DNA from: Eledone cirrhosa
Taxonomy: Eukaryota
Direction: 5' to 3'
Length of the DNA: 64,000 nt
NCBI GenBank assembly: GCA_964016885.1
Contig: OZ024748.1
Location: 5,890,001 to 5,954,000, forward strand
Position numbers and translations under genes: made by a program. The notes under the pieces were generated by a model. That model worked only from the letters and a program-made list of their open reading frames with translations, did not search any database and was not told where the DNA came from. This document shows, in pieces, positions 61,594-64,000 of this stretch. The number at the start of each line of letters is the position of its first letter. Position 1 is the stretch's first letter.

Positions 61594-61731
61594 ATAGGTG
61601 AGTAGCTTGTATGTACTTTTGAACTTTCAGAGTAGAAAAAAATCACTTTTTTTTATAATATCCTGAACGCCAAATTCTTTCACAAACACACAGCCAAATA
61701 TATATTTATATATATATATATGTATATATAT

Positions 61732-61833
<102 letters not shown>

Positions 61834-62488
61834 ATACTTAAAAACTTACACATATGTATGACCTAGTGTATCGTTAATGTTTAAGTGGTTTACATGTGTC
61901 TAGAATTCACAAGTACTCTCAGTATTGTAACACCAATTTCAAATTTATATTTTATTATTTTCTCTTGTATTGAACTGTAAAACATTCTTATACTTGTTCT
62001 TCTTTTCTTCTATTTGTTGTTGTTGTCATTATTCTTGTTATTACTTTATTTGCTTCTGTCATTTTCTATCTCTTTTGCACTTGCTTCTCTCTTGTTTTTT
62101 CTTTCCAACTTCCCCCTTTTACCATCCACCATTTTCTTATTTTCTTTCATACGTATTTGCTTTTCGTTCGTACATCTCCCTTATTTTAAACTTAGTTCAC
62201 ATTCTGATATTTCAATATCTATGTTCAACTATGAGATCTTCACCATTCACATGGGGAAAAAATCTAGTGTACCAATATAGGTACGGGGCTGTAGGCAAAT
62301 AACCTTTCTCTAAAATACATTTAGTAACGGTTCTTTACATTGTAAGTTCGAAATTCATCGATATCAACTTTCTTTTTCATTCATACGTGTGCCGATAAAC
62401 TGAAATATCCAGCCAGTTACTCAGAAAGATTAAATCAATCACAGGCTTAATTACTTAATTAAAGAGTTTTGCATATGAACATGCAAAC

Positions 62489-62674
62489 ATAATTGTTTCT
62501 ACTTTTGGCACAAGGCCAGCAATTATCCCAGAGTATTACTGGTGCTTTGTTTTATCGACCCCGTAAGGATGAAAGGCAAAGTTAACCTCGGTGGGATTTG
62601 AACTCAGACCGTAAAGCGGTGTAACTCTATGTCACAACTAATGGCGTCCGACCCTCTACCGATACTGAAAATTC
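62489..62674 (-). mobile_element. Major-family SINE
   Basis: Matches the consensus. More diverged copies occur at about 1490-1620, 1762-1900, 17255-17340, 32200-32380, 39790-39940, 47545-47700 and 62280-62420. Confidence 0.85.
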
Positions 62675-63522
62675 AACGCAAAATTAATAATAGTAAAAAA
62701 ATCTGTTTCGTGCGTCGGTCTTCCCCCTAAAAATATATATCATTGCGTCTATATTAGAATTATATTTAATGAACAATTGTCTCCTCTGAAAGGGTGTGTC
62801 TTCTTTGTCTAACTCCGCAATGTATTGAATGTAAAGTTGTCTCCCCTAAATATATATGTCATTTTGCTATGTTACTAATATCTTTGATAAACACTTATGT
62901 GTGTACTAGTGTGTGTGTTTGGAGGTGTGCGTGTGTGTGGTAGGAAAAGAATGTGTGTATGTGTGCGTGTTGGTATAAGACACATCTTACAATTTACCAT
63001 AGAATATATTTTATACGTATTTCATACACATTTACCCTGCAGAATCTCCAGTTCTTTGGTCAGTAACTTTCTGTTGGTCTTTTATTTCAACTGGCAGCCA
63101 TCTTCTAATCTATCAGTGTCCTTGAAATATGAAAATCCATTGTCAAACAAAACAGTCTCACATCAACACTAGTTTAGATGAGAGTCTGCGAAAAACCAAT
63201 TCCAAATTAGTGCTAATTTTTAGCTCGACCAATTTCTTGGTCTCTGTAGACTAATCTTCGGCATTGTCCGAATATTTCTCTCCGTATAGTCAACATTAGT
63301 AATTCAGTTTTTGTGTGTGTACTTGCGCATATATATGTGTGTTTCTATATTTGCATGTGTATGTGGATATCTATATGGGTATACATATACATAATACAAA
63401 TCATTGTATATATGAATATTGAAATATAGAAATATAGAATATATATATATGAGTGTGTGTTTTTCTAGAAGAAAAAAAAACAATGATAGACTTGTATAAG
63501 GACACACGTATAAGGACACACG

Positions 63523-63576
<54 letters not shown>

Positions 63577-63592
63577 TATATAGATATATATG

Positions 63593-63645
<53 letters not shown>

Positions 63646-63819
63646 GTATATATATATGCGCACACGCACAGGCACACACACATTATATATATATATATAT
63701 AAATATATATACATATATATATACAATTATATATATATATATATTATATATGTATATATATATATAATATATGTATATATATATATATATGTGTGTATAT
63801 ATATATATATATTTATAGG

Positions 63820-63907
<88 letters not shown>

Positions 63908-64000
63908 CACACACACACCATTCATCGCTACTTTTGCTCTGGGTTACCGAACCATAATAGCGCCACTATTAACATATTGTGATCAGACGTGTCATCATTA

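Noticed and set aside
63030-63055. TACCCTG seed resembling the Hox-cluster microRNA miR-10
   Set aside because: Only the first 7 nt match, the rest diverges, and I see no precursor hairpin.

Overview
Very AT-rich, microsatellite-dense animal genomic DNA. The SINE family and the repeat landscape suggest a coleoid cephalopod, probably an octopus (inference). The only credible host coding sequence is the first coding exon of a central-class Hox gene on the minus strand (8066-8666: MSSYY N-terminus, RFPPY motif, VYPWMR hexapeptide, phase-1 GTAAGT donor), most like lophotrochozoan Lox5. Its homeobox exon lies beyond position 1. A compact CCAAT/E-box promoter sits about 1.3 kb upstream, followed by about 54 kb of gene-free DNA with (TA)n tracts, tRNA-derived SINEs, RTE-type LINE and mariner remnants, and minisatellites. 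Nearly all other ORFs are microsatellite artefacts. The main hidden signal is a set of unrelated short fold-back elements, mostly next to (TA)n tracts, that carry type I hammerhead-ribozyme motifs at or beside their inversion junctions. They include a back-to-back pair with a very long stem II (46180-46413) and a family with the compensatory U3-A8 core (UUGAAAA). This resembles several families of non-autonomous Penelope-like or retrozyme-like elements within a Hox regulatory region. All structures were read by eye and no activity has been shown.
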